Below, in pieces: positions 31,167 to 42,876 of a DNA stretch of 64,000 bases. Every line of letters starts with the position of its first letter. Within the stretch, counting starts at the first letter, position 1. A program made the translations under genes and the position numbers. The notes below the pieces were generated by a model. The model was not told the DNA's origin. It saw only the letters and a list, made by a program, of their open reading frames with translations, and made no database searches. The stretch covers positions 9,514 through 73,513 of the forward strand of contig JBDLIE010000010.1 of the NCBI GenBank assembly GCA_039715015.1. Direction: 5' to 3'. This stretch comes from Thermodesulfobacteriota bacterium. Its GTDB lineage: Bacteria; Desulfobacterota; Desulfobulbia; Desulfobulbales; SURF-16.

Positions 31167-31985
31167 GTGAGCATGACACAGCAGAGGGAGAAGGGGGCAA
31201 AAATTATCACAATGGCCAACCAGAAAGGGGGTGTTGGCAAGACAACGTCCGCGGTGAATTTGGCGACGGCCCTGGCAACGATGGGCAAAAAAACACTTCT
31301 TGTCGACTCAGATCCGCAGGGAAATGCCTCGAGCGGTGTTGGTTCTGCGGTGTCGCCGAAAACTAAACATCTCTACCATTGTTATATCGAACCTGAAAAA
31401 ACACAAGGTGCGGTCCATCCGTCCGGCTCAATTCCAAACCTCTGGGTTCTTCCGACAGGCATCGATCTCATTGGTGTTGAGGTTGAGCTTATGTCCGAAA
31501 AAAAGAGAGAAAAATTTCTTGATCGCGTACTTGGGCAGGTTGTCGAGGATTACGACTATATTATTATTGATTGTCCTCCGTCGCTGGGATTGCTTACCTT
31601 AAATGCTCTGAGTGCGGCTGACTCGGTGATTATTCCAATGCAGTGCGAATACTTTGCCCTTGAAGGCCTTAGTCAATTGGTTCGAACGATCAAGCTTGTC
31701 AAGAATTCATATAACCCGCGGTTGGCCATCGAGGGGCTCTTGCTAACCATGTATGACCGGCGTAACAAGCTGACATATCAAGTGGCAAAAGAGGTAAAAA
31801 AACATTTTGGCAACAAGGTGTATAGCACTGTTATTCCGAGAAATGTTCGACTGAGCGAGTGTCCGAGCCATGGGATGCCAGTTATTGAATACGATAAAGG
31901 TTCCGCCGGTGCATTGAGCTATATGAACCTGGGCAAAGAGTTTCTCAAAAAACAAGAAACAGTTGGTGCGGGGAGGGAGGCATAA
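31167..31985 (+). CDS. parA: Chromosome partitioning ATPase ParA/Soj
   Basis: NQKGGVGKTT, DSDPQGN, IDCPPSLG, IPRNVRLSE. Confidence 0.95.
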   Translation: MSMTQQREKGAKIITMANQKGGVGKTTSAVNLATALATMGKKTLLVDSDPQGNASSGVGSAVSPKTKHLYHCYIEPEKTQGAVHPSGSIPNLWVLPTGIDLIGVEVELMSEKKREKFLDRVLGQVVEDYDYIIIDCPPSLGLLTLNALSAADSVIIPMQCEYFALEGLSQLVRTIKLVKNSYNPRLAIEGLLLTMYDRRNKLTYQVAKEVKKHFGNKVYSTVIPRNVRLSECPSHGMPVIEYDKGSAGALSYMNLGKEFLKKQETVGAGREA

Positions 31986-32869
31986 TGATGAGTGGTGATC
32001 GCCTCGGAAGAGGGCTTGGGGCCTTGTTGGCCGATGACAATGACACCTTGGCGGCAGAAGGCAAATATATTCTTTGCGACATTGAAACTATCGACCCCAA
32101 CCCGTACCAGCCACGCAAAGAGATGGATGAAGATGCCCTTCGGGAGCTTGCTGGATCTATTGCTGAAAAGGGCGTGTTGCAGCCGCTTGTTGTAACGCCA
32201 CATGACATCGCTGATAAATACATACTCATAGCTGGGGAGCGGCGGTTGCGGGCCTCTAAGCTTGCTGGCCTGACGGATGTGCCGGTCATTGTCCGGGAAG
32301 TTGAGACGCAGGATCGCCTTGAGCTTGCTCTCATAGAAAACATCCAGAGACAAAACCTCAACCCCATTGAAGAAGCTCTCGCCTATCAGCAGTTGGTTAA
32401 AGAATTTACCTTGACGCAGGAAGAGGTTGCGAAGCGGGTGGGAAAGGAGCGCTCCACGGTTGCTAACACCATGCGTCTTCTTCAATTACCTGATTTTGTC
32501 AAAGATGATATTGGTGCGGGCCGGTTGTCCATGGGACATGCCCGCGTCCTTTTGGCCATTAAGGATCACACGGAGACCAGAGAGGTTCGAGATAAAATAA
32601 TAAAGAAGGAACTCTCTGTTCGCCAGACAGAGGCCTTGGTCCGGGCAAGCAAACAAAAAAATGGTTCGCCAGGCACACGGCGGCCTGCTGTTAAAAAACC
32701 TATTCCAACTTCCTATTGCCGGACCCTTACTAATGATTTTGTCCGCCATTTTGGAACCAAGTCGAAAATTATCCAGCAGGGTGGCCGTGGCAAAATAGAA
32801 ATCGAGTACTATTCACTGGATGATCTGGAGCGTATTCATGGTCTCATCAGTAAATTGCCGGTAGAATAA
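31985..32869 (+). CDS. parB: Chromosome partitioning protein ParB/Spo0J
   Basis: LGRGLGAL, PNPYQPR, AGERR, ENIQRQNLNP. Confidence 0.95.
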   Translation: MMSGDRLGRGLGALLADDNDTLAAEGKYILCDIETIDPNPYQPRKEMDEDALRELAGSIAEKGVLQPLVVTPHDIADKYILIAGERRLRASKLAGLTDVPVIVREVETQDRLELALIENIQRQNLNPIEEALAYQQLVKEFTLTQEEVAKRVGKERSTVANTMRLLQLPDFVKDDIGAGRLSMGHARVLLAIKDHTETREVRDKIIKKELSVRQTEALVRASKQKNGSPGTRRPAVKKPIPTSYCRTLTNDFVRHFGTKSKIIQQGGRGKIEIEYYSLDDLERIHGLISKLPVE

Positions 32870-32932
32870 GGTGGATTTTGCTCTTTCTCCTTGTAATATC
32901 GTTTAAAAATCACTCTATACATACCTAAAAAG

Positions 32933-33718
32933 TTGCAATATTTAGAAAACGGTCAAATTCTAGAAAACGTGGCAGTGGGTCCTGACAGCTGGCGCATGGA
33001 AATTCATGCCCCAAAGGTTGTTGGTGCCGCTCAACCCGGTCAGTTTGTCATGGTCTCTGTGGGCCATGAAACCACCGACCCTCTGTTGCGCCGCCCCTTG
33101 TCAATCCATCAGGCTCAGAGCGATGTGCTCACCCTCCTTTATCGTATTGTCGGTAAGGGCACGAAGCTCATGTCTATCATGAAAAAGGGGGAAGAAATTT
33201 CTTTGCTCGGCCCTCTGGGTAAAGGCTTTGACGTACAGCCCACGCCACACCACTGCTTGGTTGGTGGTGGCCTTGGCGTGGCTCCCCTCCTCTTTTTGGC
33301 CTCGCAGATAAAGCAACGTTTTCCAGACAGCAAGCTTTCTATCTTATTGGGCGGCCGCAGCCGGGATGAACTGCTGGTCCTTGAAGATTATCAACAGGTG
33401 GCCCCTGTATTTTTGGCAACAGATGATGGTTCCCAAGGTATGCATGGCCTGGTAACTGATCTTTTGGCCAAAGAGATTGATGGCCCAGCAACTATCTATT
33501 CCTGCGGCCCAACACCCATGATGAAAGGCGTCGCCGCCCTTGCCCGTCAGCGTAACTGGCCCTGTCAGGTTTCCTTGGAAACCATGATGGCCTGCGGCAT
33601 GGGGGCTTGTCTCGGCTGTACAGTCCAGCGGGCAGGAATAGCTGAAAACGAAGAACAGAAATATGTCCACGTTTGCAAGGATGGGCCGGTTTTTGAGGCA
33701 GGCGAAATATGGCTGTAG
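32933..33718 (+). CDS. pyrK: Dihydroorotate dehydrogenase electron-transfer subunit
   Basis: LRRPLSI, GPLGKGF, CGP, MACGMGACLGC, CKDGPVF. Confidence 0.92.
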   Translation: MQYLENGQILENVAVGPDSWRMEIHAPKVVGAAQPGQFVMVSVGHETTDPLLRRPLSIHQAQSDVLTLLYRIVGKGTKLMSIMKKGEEISLLGPLGKGFDVQPTPHHCLVGGGLGVAPLLFLASQIKQRFPDSKLSILLGGRSRDELLVLEDYQQVAPVFLATDDGSQGMHGLVTDLLAKEIDGPATIYSCGPTPMMKGVAALARQRNWPCQVSLETMMACGMGACLGCTVQRAGIAENEEQKYVHVCKDGPVFEAGEIWL

Positions 33719-34626
33719 ATACCAGCGTAAAAATAGGGGAGTGGCAGCTTGCCAATCCAATTATGACCGCTTCAGGTACCTTTGGATACGGCGAAGAATT
33801 CACGCCCTTTGTGGATCTCTCATCCTTGGGCGCCATTGTTGTCAAAGGTATTTCGCTCAATCCCCGCCCTGGAAACCCGCCACCAAGGGTGGTTGAAACT
33901 GCCAGCGGTATGCTTAATGCCATTGGCCTGCAAAATGTCGGCATAGAGCGCTTTATCGCTGAAAAAATGCCGATGATTAGAAAATTGGGCGCTCAGGTTG
34001 TGGTCAATATCTTGGGCGATTCTTTGCAAGATTACCAAGAGCTGGCAGCCAGGCTTGATGATGTCGAGGGCATTGCCGCCCTTGAGGTCAATATATCTTG
34101 TCCCAATGTCAAGAAGGGAGGCGTAGCCTTTGGTACGGACCCCAGCATGGCCGCAAAGGTCGCTGAGGTGGTGGCAAAGGAGTCCAGCCGGCCGGTTATT
34201 ATCAAGCTATCCCCCAATGTTACAGATATAACCTTGATTGCAAGGGCAGTTGAAGAGGCAGGAGCCACAGCTGTCAGTTTGATAAACACCCTCATCGGAA
34301 TGGCCATTGACATCAAAACAGGCAGACCAAAACTGGCCAATATTATTGGTGGGCTCTCTGGTCCGGCCATTAAGCCGGTTGCCCTGCGCATGGTGTATCA
34401 GGTCGCTGCTGCCGTTAAAATTCCTGTTATTGGTGTTGGCGGAATCACCACTCTGGAGGATGTCATTGAATTTATGATGGCAGGTGCCACAGCTGTACAG
34501 ATCGGCACGGCAAACTTTGTTAATCCGGCCGTAAGCGGCGAATTGGTCACTGGCTTAAGGAAATATTTACAGGAAAATAACAGGAAAGCAGCAACAGAGC
34601 TTATCGGCAGCGTACAGGAGGGGTGA
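33709..34626 (+). CDS. pyrD: Dihydroorotate dehydrogenase (family 1B) catalytic subunit
   Basis: ASGTFG, NAIGLQN, NISCPN, KLSPN, GGLSG. Confidence 0.95.
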   Translation: MAVDTSVKIGEWQLANPIMTASGTFGYGEEFTPFVDLSSLGAIVVKGISLNPRPGNPPPRVVETASGMLNAIGLQNVGIERFIAEKMPMIRKLGAQVVVNILGDSLQDYQELAARLDDVEGIAALEVNISCPNVKKGGVAFGTDPSMAAKVAEVVAKESSRPVIIKLSPNVTDITLIARAVEEAGATAVSLINTLIGMAIDIKTGRPKLANIIGGLSGPAIKPVALRMVYQVAAAVKIPVIGVGGITTLEDVIEFMMAGATAVQIGTANFVNPAVSGELVTGLRKYLQENNRKAATELIGSVQEG

Positions 34627-34901
34627 TGGGTTTTTTTGCAAAAATAAAGCTCCTGTGGAATATTTTCCTCCATGAAGAGGCGCCCTGGAGCGTTAAGCTT
34701 CTCCTCCTCGTTGGTTTTTTCTACATTATATTTCCCATGGACATTTTCCCGGACCAGATTCTGTTGGCCGGCTGGCTTGATGATCTTGTCCTGGCCATTG
34801 TCATGTATATTCTGGCCATGAAAATTACTCCAGAGGATCTCATCAACAAGCTCCTCGGTGGCAAAAGCACCAACAAAGACAAACAGGGTGATGAGCAATG
34901 A
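34623..34901 (+). CDS. YkvA/DUF1232-like small membrane protein
   Basis: YIIFPMDIFPD...GWLDD motif. Confidence 0.75.
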   Translation: MMGFFAKIKLLWNIFLHEEAPWSVKLLLLVGFFYIIFPMDIFPDQILLAGWLDDLVLAIVMYILAMKITPEDLINKLLGGKSTNKDKQGDEQ

Positions 34902-35632
34902 GCACTCTGCGTGAAAAAATTGTACAGCGCATCTACCATCAGTTTGAGCAATGGATAGGGCAGAATAAACTCCAATTTTCCTGCCAAAGGGGCTGTGCCA
35001 GCTGCTGCACCCACAATGTCACGATGACAGCTACAGAAGGGGAGCTCATCCACCGCTTTATCAATGAGAATGGCCGGAACAGCTGGTTTGCCGACAAAAT
35101 TCAGTCCATAAAAAATCGACAACAGTTAACGGAAACGACAAACGAATTAGCTCAAAAATGTCTGGCGGCCGAGGAAAGTAGTACTCTTCCGCCAGAGAAA
35201 AAAGAGACTGTCTGCCCCTTTTTAGAGGATGACAGCTGCCAGATTTATGAGGTCCGGCCATTTTCCTGCCGTAGTTTCGCCTCAGTGAAGAAATGCCGCC
35301 CCGGACAAGCGGCAGAGCTGCCGCAATACTATATCAGCGCCACCACTGCTGGCCAGCAGCTCATTGAGCACGTAGGGCAGGGGGAATATTGGGGGAATAT
35401 GCACGACGTACTTCTCGCCCTGTGTGACATTAAGGAAAATGAAGGAACCGCAGAGCTCCTTGCTTCGCAGTCCGTGGCAGACCAAGCCAGGTCTCGGTTA
35501 ACAAAGGCCCAGCCTTTGCCCGGGTTTTTGATTGGCCAGGATGAGTATGAAAAAGTAAGTCCCTTTATTCTGGCGGTATTTAACGATAAAATCGGTGAAA
35601 AAAACGTAGAAGATATCCTGAACGGCAAATAA
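34898..35632 (+). CDS. YkgJ-family cysteine-cluster protein
   Basis: CQRGCASCC, CPFL...CQIYEVRPFSCR. Confidence 0.85.
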   Translation: MSTLREKIVQRIYHQFEQWIGQNKLQFSCQRGCASCCTHNVTMTATEGELIHRFINENGRNSWFADKIQSIKNRQQLTETTNELAQKCLAAEESSTLPPEKKETVCPFLEDDSCQIYEVRPFSCRSFASVKKCRPGQAAELPQYYISATTAGQQLIEHVGQGEYWGNMHDVLLALCDIKENEGTAELLASQSVADQARSRLTKAQPLPGFLIGQDEYEKVSPFILAVFNDKIGEKNVEDILNGK

Positions 35633-35644
35633 GCCCTGATAATT

Positions 35645-36319
35645 ATGAAAAAAAAAGCGAACATAGATTGGCAAACCATTGACACGGTGCTTTTGGACAT
35701 GGATGGCACCCTGCTTGATAAACATTTTGATGATTATTTCTGGGAGGAGTATGTCCCGGAGATTTATGCCAAGCAAAATAATATTTCTATATTTACAGCT
35801 GAAGAAGAGTTGCTCGCCAAATATAAGGAACGGCAAGGTTCTTTGGAATGGACAGATTTGGATTTTTGGTCACAGGAGTTAGATTTAGATCTGGAAAAGA
35901 TGAAGCTCGATGTGAATCATCTCATCAATGTCCATCCGTATGTTCTTGAATTTCTGGAGTTTTGCAGAAATTTGGGCAAAAAAATCGTCCTTGTTACCAA
36001 TGCCCATCCAAAAACCTTGGCCATCAAGATGGACAAGACCAAAATGGAGGGGGAATTTGACGCTCTGATCTGTGCCGATGACATTGGCGTTGCCAAGGAA
36101 GATCCCGTCTTTTGGCAAAAGTTGGCAGAGAAAGTAGAGTTTGATAGGGCACGTACCCTGCTGGCCGATGACAATGAGGAAGTTCTGGCCAGCGGTGAGG
36201 AGTATGGCATCGCTCATATGATCTTTGTTGCCAAGTCCAGCAGCACAAAACCGACGCTTTATTCACAGAGATTTTCGTCGATAATTTTCTTCAAAGAATT
36301 GATGGATATAGAGACATAA
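35645..36319 (+). CDS. HAD-family hydrolase (YrfG-like nucleotidase)
   Basis: LDMDGTLLD.HFD, VTNAH, KEDP.FW, ADD. Confidence 0.85.
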   Translation: MKKKANIDWQTIDTVLLDMDGTLLDKHFDDYFWEEYVPEIYAKQNNISIFTAEEELLAKYKERQGSLEWTDLDFWSQELDLDLEKMKLDVNHLINVHPYVLEFLEFCRNLGKKIVLVTNAHPKTLAIKMDKTKMEGEFDALICADDIGVAKEDPVFWQKLAEKVEFDRARTLLADDNEEVLASGEEYGIAHMIFVAKSSSTKPTLYSQRFSSIIFFKELMDIET

Positions 36320-36528
36320 GAGGGCAAAAAAGCAAAGGAAGGCCAAAAAAATAAGTATGTTATTACAGTGAGATACCACTGAGCACCCATTCATTGCCCT
36401 GAAAAAAATAGGGGCACACCATTGACAAAAGAAATGGGATACTGTAATTAGGATCATCTTTTTACTTATTAATAGTTTTTAGATATAGATAACCCCTATT
36501 TTAAGGAAAATTTAACGGAGGATTTGAT

Positions 36529-36849
36529 ATGGCTTCTATCGAGTACGACGGATCTAGCTTTGGTGTTGATGAGGACGGCTTCCTGACCAATGGTATGGAA
36601 GAGTGGAACGAGTCTTGGGTTGATTATGTTAAGGCCGAAGAAGGTATTGGCGACATGACCGACGAGCACTGGAAAGTTATTAACGCTCTTCAGGATTACT
36701 ACAAGAAGAATGGTATTGCTCCCATGGTACGTATTCTTTCCAAAACCACTGGTTTCCCTCTGAAGCGCATCTATGAGCTCTTCCCCTCCGGACCTGGTAA
36801 AGGCGCCTGTAAGATGGCCGGCCTGCCTAAGCCTACCGGTTGTGTATAA
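36529..36849 (+). CDS. dsrC: Dissimilatory sulfite reductase partner DsrC
   Basis: DEDGFL, YELFPSGPGKGACKMAGLPKPTGCV with both C-terminal cysteines. Confidence 0.93.
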   Translation: MASIEYDGSSFGVDEDGFLTNGMEEWNESWVDYVKAEEGIGDMTDEHWKVINALQDYYKKNGIAPMVRILSKTTGFPLKRIYELFPSGPGKGACKMAGLPKPTGCV

Positions 36850-36891
36850 TTAAGTTTATTGCGACTGCCTAGGCAGTCAGACATAGCTTAT

Positions 36892-36933
36892 AAAAAAGGA
36901 GATTGAATCTTTTGATTCAATCTCCTTTTTTTT
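36892..36933. terminator. Bidirectional terminator after dsrC
   Basis: AAAAAAGGAGATTGAATC-TTTT-GATTCAATCTCCTTTTTTTTT. Confidence 0.85.
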
Positions 36934-36974
36934 TGTCCTGTACCATGGGGGACATGCTGCGTCAGGTAATGGTG

Positions 36975-37745
36975 CTAGGGTGTGATGCGGTTTTGAGCAA
37001 GAAAGCCGTCGTGAATAAGGTTAAGGGTTTCCCGGTACGTGGCACCCTTGATCCGGGCTCCCCGTAAACCGCCGCGCAGATTAATTTCGCCCAGGTAGGA
37101 GCGGCCATCAGCGGTACGTAGAATGTCGATATGGGCGTATGGGAAGGAACCCCGTTCCATGACAGCTTGGCAAAGGGCCTGCTGGTCTGGGTCAAGGGTA
37201 ACGGCACGGCTTTCGCCGCCGCAATGAAGATTGTGGCGGAAATTGTCTGGGTTAATCCGTTGGTAACTCTCCTGATAGGAGCCGAGAATAATCACACGGA
37301 TATCATCTGCATCAGGGTAAAAGGGCTGAAGAACAAAGGGGTAAGGAAGGCCCCCTAGAGTAGCCTGATTAAAGACGTCTTCAACAGAACTCCATTTGTG
37401 GACGCCAAGACCACCGTTTTTGCGGTCCTCCTTGGTGACAACATCGCTAATCCCATTATGGCCATATAGATTGACAGCGGCAAGGAGATCATGGTGGTCA
37501 AAAACAGCCTGAGTGAAAGGGGGCATGTATTCAGAAAACACACGAGCCTGGACAACTTTGGAACGGGCGACAATCTGGGAAAAAGCGCTGGGAAAAAGAA
37601 GGACGCCACGTCGTTCAAGGTCATGGAGGATGAATTCCTCTCCGGCCTTGACCCGAACGCGACCGATAAAACAATGGTCGTCGCCCAAGGTGTGAAAGAG
37701 CCTGTGCAGGGTGTTGTTGTCAGGAATGAGCTGCATTGCCTTCAA
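36975..37745 (-). CDS. ATP-grasp (RimK-like) protein
   Basis: K...GG.GV, LQPF, DIRV, NFRHNLHCGG, HIDIL, LGEIN. Confidence 0.75.
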   Translation of the reverse strand: MKAMQLIPDNNTLHRLFHTLGDDHCFIGRVRVKAGEEFILHDLERRGVLLFPSAFSQIVARSKVVQARVFSEYMPPFTQAVFDHHDLLAAVNLYGHNGISDVVTKEDRKNGGLGVHKWSSVEDVFNQATLGGLPYPFVLQPFYPDADDIRVIILGSYQESYQRINPDNFRHNLHCGGESRAVTLDPDQQALCQAVMERGSFPYAHIDILRTADGRSYLGEINLRGGLRGARIKGATYRETLNLIHDGFLAQNRITP

Positions 37746-38014
37746 AAAAGCATTTCAACAAAACGCTGGTGGTGAGTGGTGAGATCTTCATTGCACTCGG
37801 CGCAAAAAAACCGAATTTCGCCTAAAATCTGTGATTCATCGCCATCCTGGCTGAAGCTGCCATCACTGTTCTGAATATATCTCGTGGTGAGAATAACACC
37901 ATCGGCCACCTCGAAGAAGTCGCTGTCATTACCGCAACTGGGGCAGATAATACGCATGGTATTTTTCTTGCGAAGCTGCTGATGTATCTTTGCTAAATCA
38001 CGTTCTGTTTCCAC
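37742..38014 (-). CDS. Small CxxC...CxxC (Zn-ribbon-like) hypothetical protein
   Basis: CPSCGN and CAECNE; overlaps the start of the ATP-grasp gene. Confidence 0.7.
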   Translation of the reverse strand: METERDLAKIHQQLRKKNTMRIICPSCGNDSDFFEVADGVILTTRYIQNSDGSFSQDGDESQILGEIRFFCAECNEDLTTHHQRFVEMLF

Positions 38015-38087
38015 AAAGCACCTTTAAAATGAGAAAAAATTACTCTAAGAAAGAGGTCATCTTTTGTCAATGACAACAGGTGCGCGG

Positions 38088-38363
38088 TCAGTAGCGAATG
38101 GAAAAGCCAAATAAAGACTCTGCACAGGTAACCTCTTCAACCGCGACATGATCGACCCTGCTAGAGGGAGAGCCCATTGTAAGCCATTCCACCATTTTGT
38201 CGACTTGGCCGCTGGGGCCGGAGATGAGAGCCTCCACCTCGCCAGTGGGCAGGTTGCGCACCCAGCCTGATAGATGCAGATGTTCTGCTTCTTGCTGGGT
38301 GAAGATCCGAAAGTAGACACCCTGTACCTTGCCTGAAATAACGGCCCGTACACATTTATTCAT
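38088..38363 (-). CDS. acyP: Acylphosphatase
   Basis: GKVQGVYFR, GWVRN. Confidence 0.92.
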   Translation of the reverse strand: MNKCVRAVISGKVQGVYFRIFTQQEAEHLHLSGWVRNLPTGEVEALISGPSGQVDKMVEWLTMGSPSSRVDHVAVEEVTCAESLFGFSIRY

Positions 38364-38468
38364 AGTAAAGACCTCACTTCGCAGCATCACTTAGCCCTCC
38401 GACAGGTTGCGAGACTGGTTCTCTCTGCTAAAAAACGCACAGTGGCGGTGAAGGGGAATGATTTTTTA

Positions 38469-40681
<2,213 letters not shown>

Positions 40682-40772
40682 GGTGAATCTCCTTTTTGAA
40701 TTAAGATGGGCAAGATAGTATGATCTTTGCAATTTATATGAAACAGGTAGTGATTTCAAGGCGGCCTCGCAC

Positions 40773-41567
40773 ATGACAAAAAAAAATAGATTCCAGGAGC
40801 TCTGTGAAGCAGGGCAGGTCGGCAACCATCCCCTGCGCCATCTGGCTGAGACGGATTCGACCAATAGAGTGGCCATGGAGCAGGGCAGAAAGGGAGGACA
40901 AACCGGCCTGATCATTGTTGCTGACCATCAAAGCCAAGGACGGGGCAGGTTGGATAAGAAATGGCTGTCCAGCGCAGGAGATGGCCTCTATTTTTCAGTA
41001 ATCCTCAGACCCTTGCTGGCCCTGGATGAGCTGGCCAGGATTACCCTGGCTGCCGGGGCGGCTGTGGCTGAGGCCTTGCAGCCCTTGCTTGCAGAGATGG
41101 TGATGCTTAAATGGCCAAATGACATCATTGTCGGCAACAGGAAATGCGGCGGTATTCTCAGCGAATCAGATATCAGTAATATCGACCGTCCCCTGGTAAT
41201 TTTGGGAATCGGCCTGAACCTGCAGCGCCCTGAAGAAGGTTTTCCTGCCGAGATTGCCGATAGGGCCGGTGCCCTTGCTGATTATAGCTCCGAATTTATT
41301 GAGCCTGGAGTTCTCCTGGAGGAGCTGATTGCAAAGATTGACCATGTTCTCACCGAGCTTGAACAGCAGGGCTGGCCTGCCATCCGCAAACGCTGGCAAC
41401 AGCGCGACATCACCATGGCAAGAAGGATGACCTGGGTGACTGCCAAGGGCGAGGTGATCAACGGTGTTTCGCAAGGCATTGACGAACAGGGGCTTCTTTA
41501 CATCAGGGACGACAGTGGCACCCGCCATGAGGTGCTCTCCGGCGATGTACAATTGCAGCGTCACTAG
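40773..41567 (+). CDS. birA: Biotin-protein ligase (no HTH domain)
   Basis: DSTN, QSQGRGR, KWPND, KCGGIL, GIGLN. Confidence 0.93.
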   Translation: MTKKNRFQELCEAGQVGNHPLRHLAETDSTNRVAMEQGRKGGQTGLIIVADHQSQGRGRLDKKWLSSAGDGLYFSVILRPLLALDELARITLAAGAAVAEALQPLLAEMVMLKWPNDIIVGNRKCGGILSESDISNIDRPLVILGIGLNLQRPEEGFPAEIADRAGALADYSSEFIEPGVLLEELIAKIDHVLTELEQQGWPAIRKRWQQRDITMARRMTWVTAKGEVINGVSQGIDEQGLLYIRDDSGTRHEVLSGDVQLQRH

Positions 41568-41764
41568 CCAAACGTTGTCCTTATCTTCTTGCTGCATTCC
41601 AGATTTTTTTCTGAGGGACTCGAAAAAGTGTAAGAGACAGCGGCCACTTTGGCTAATTTGTGATTGCCCGGAAGAGTATGATGTGGTTAGGGTGGAGGCA
41701 AGGCGCAACCCTTTAATTTTTCAGAAGCGGAAAAGCGATTTTTTAGCACCTAGCACCATCAGCG

Positions 41765-42784
41765 ATGGATCTTATGGCCATGACCGATAAAAATACGCCA
41801 CCCATGAAACGCACCTCAGAAGAACACGTTCTGCTGACGGTCTGTGTCGTCGGCACACTTGGCATTGCGCCATTTGCTGTCTGCCGTTTCATAGGTCAGG
41901 AATGGCTGCTTGGCACCATTGACTCGTTCATTGTCACGACGATGGTTGTGCTGGGCCTGTTTGCCTGGCATAAAAAGAGGGTCCGGCTGGCCTCCATCCT
42001 CCTTTCCGTTTGCTCCATGGCCGGCTTATTTATGGTTGTCCATCTAGGGGGGCCTTCTCTGATCTATTGGGCTTACCCGGTAATGGCCACTGTTTTTTTT
42101 CTTTTGACCCAGCGTGAGGCGATAATCATTGACCTCCTTGCCATGGCAGCACTGGCCCCGGCTATACAGCCGCATATGGCAAATATGGAATTTGCTGGCA
42201 TTCTGGTTAATATGGTTCTGATTATGGTGTTCGCCTACATCTTTGCGGACCGCACCAGACATCAGCGTCAGCAGCTTGCCCTCTTGGCTACGGAAGATTC
42301 CCTGACCGGCGCTGGCAATCGTCGCGCCTTCGATGCAAAGCTCAACGAGATCCTGGCGGCCAAGCCTCGTACCAGGCAACCCGTGTCCTTGCTAGCGCTG
42401 GATCTCGACCATTTTAAATCCATCAATGACACCTACGGCCATGAAACAGGGGATGAGATCCTGTGCAAGATAACCAGCATTATTCAGGAAAGAATACGCG
42501 TCAGCGACGGGTTGTACCGGATCGGAGGCGAGGAGTTTGTGGTGATAGCCGTGGGCGCGAATCTTTCGGATGGCGCCAGAAAGGCCGAACAACTCCGTCT
42601 CCTCGTTGGGCAATGCGGCCTGCTGGCCGATCGACCGGTAACCATTTCCTTAGGAGTGGCGGAGATCAATGAAGGAGAAACCGGGACTGAGTGCCTGAGA
42701 CGGGCAGACAATGCCCTCTATGAAGCCAAACGGGCCGGGCGCAACACAATTCGCACGGACCAATGGCCCGAAAGTCCCTGGTAA
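41765..42784 (+). CDS. Membrane-bound diguanylate cyclase
   Basis: Multi-TM N-terminus; DSLTG, DLDHFKSINDTYGH, GGEEF. Confidence 0.9.
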   Translation: MDLMAMTDKNTPPMKRTSEEHVLLTVCVVGTLGIAPFAVCRFIGQEWLLGTIDSFIVTTMVVLGLFAWHKKRVRLASILLSVCSMAGLFMVVHLGGPSLIYWAYPVMATVFFLLTQREAIIIDLLAMAALAPAIQPHMANMEFAGILVNMVLIMVFAYIFADRTRHQRQQLALLATEDSLTGAGNRRAFDAKLNEILAAKPRTRQPVSLLALDLDHFKSINDTYGHETGDEILCKITSIIQERIRVSDGLYRIGGEEFVVIAVGANLSDGARKAEQLRLLVGQCGLLADRPVTISLGVAEINEGETGTECLRRADNALYEAKRAGRNTIRTDQWPESPW

Positions 42785-42876
42785 GGCGGCAATGCGGCGT
42801 GGAGTGGTCTTTAAGTTTGGGCCAGACGAAATCTTCTTTTCCCGGCAGCAAGCCGGCGAGCAGCAATGGCCGGCAG

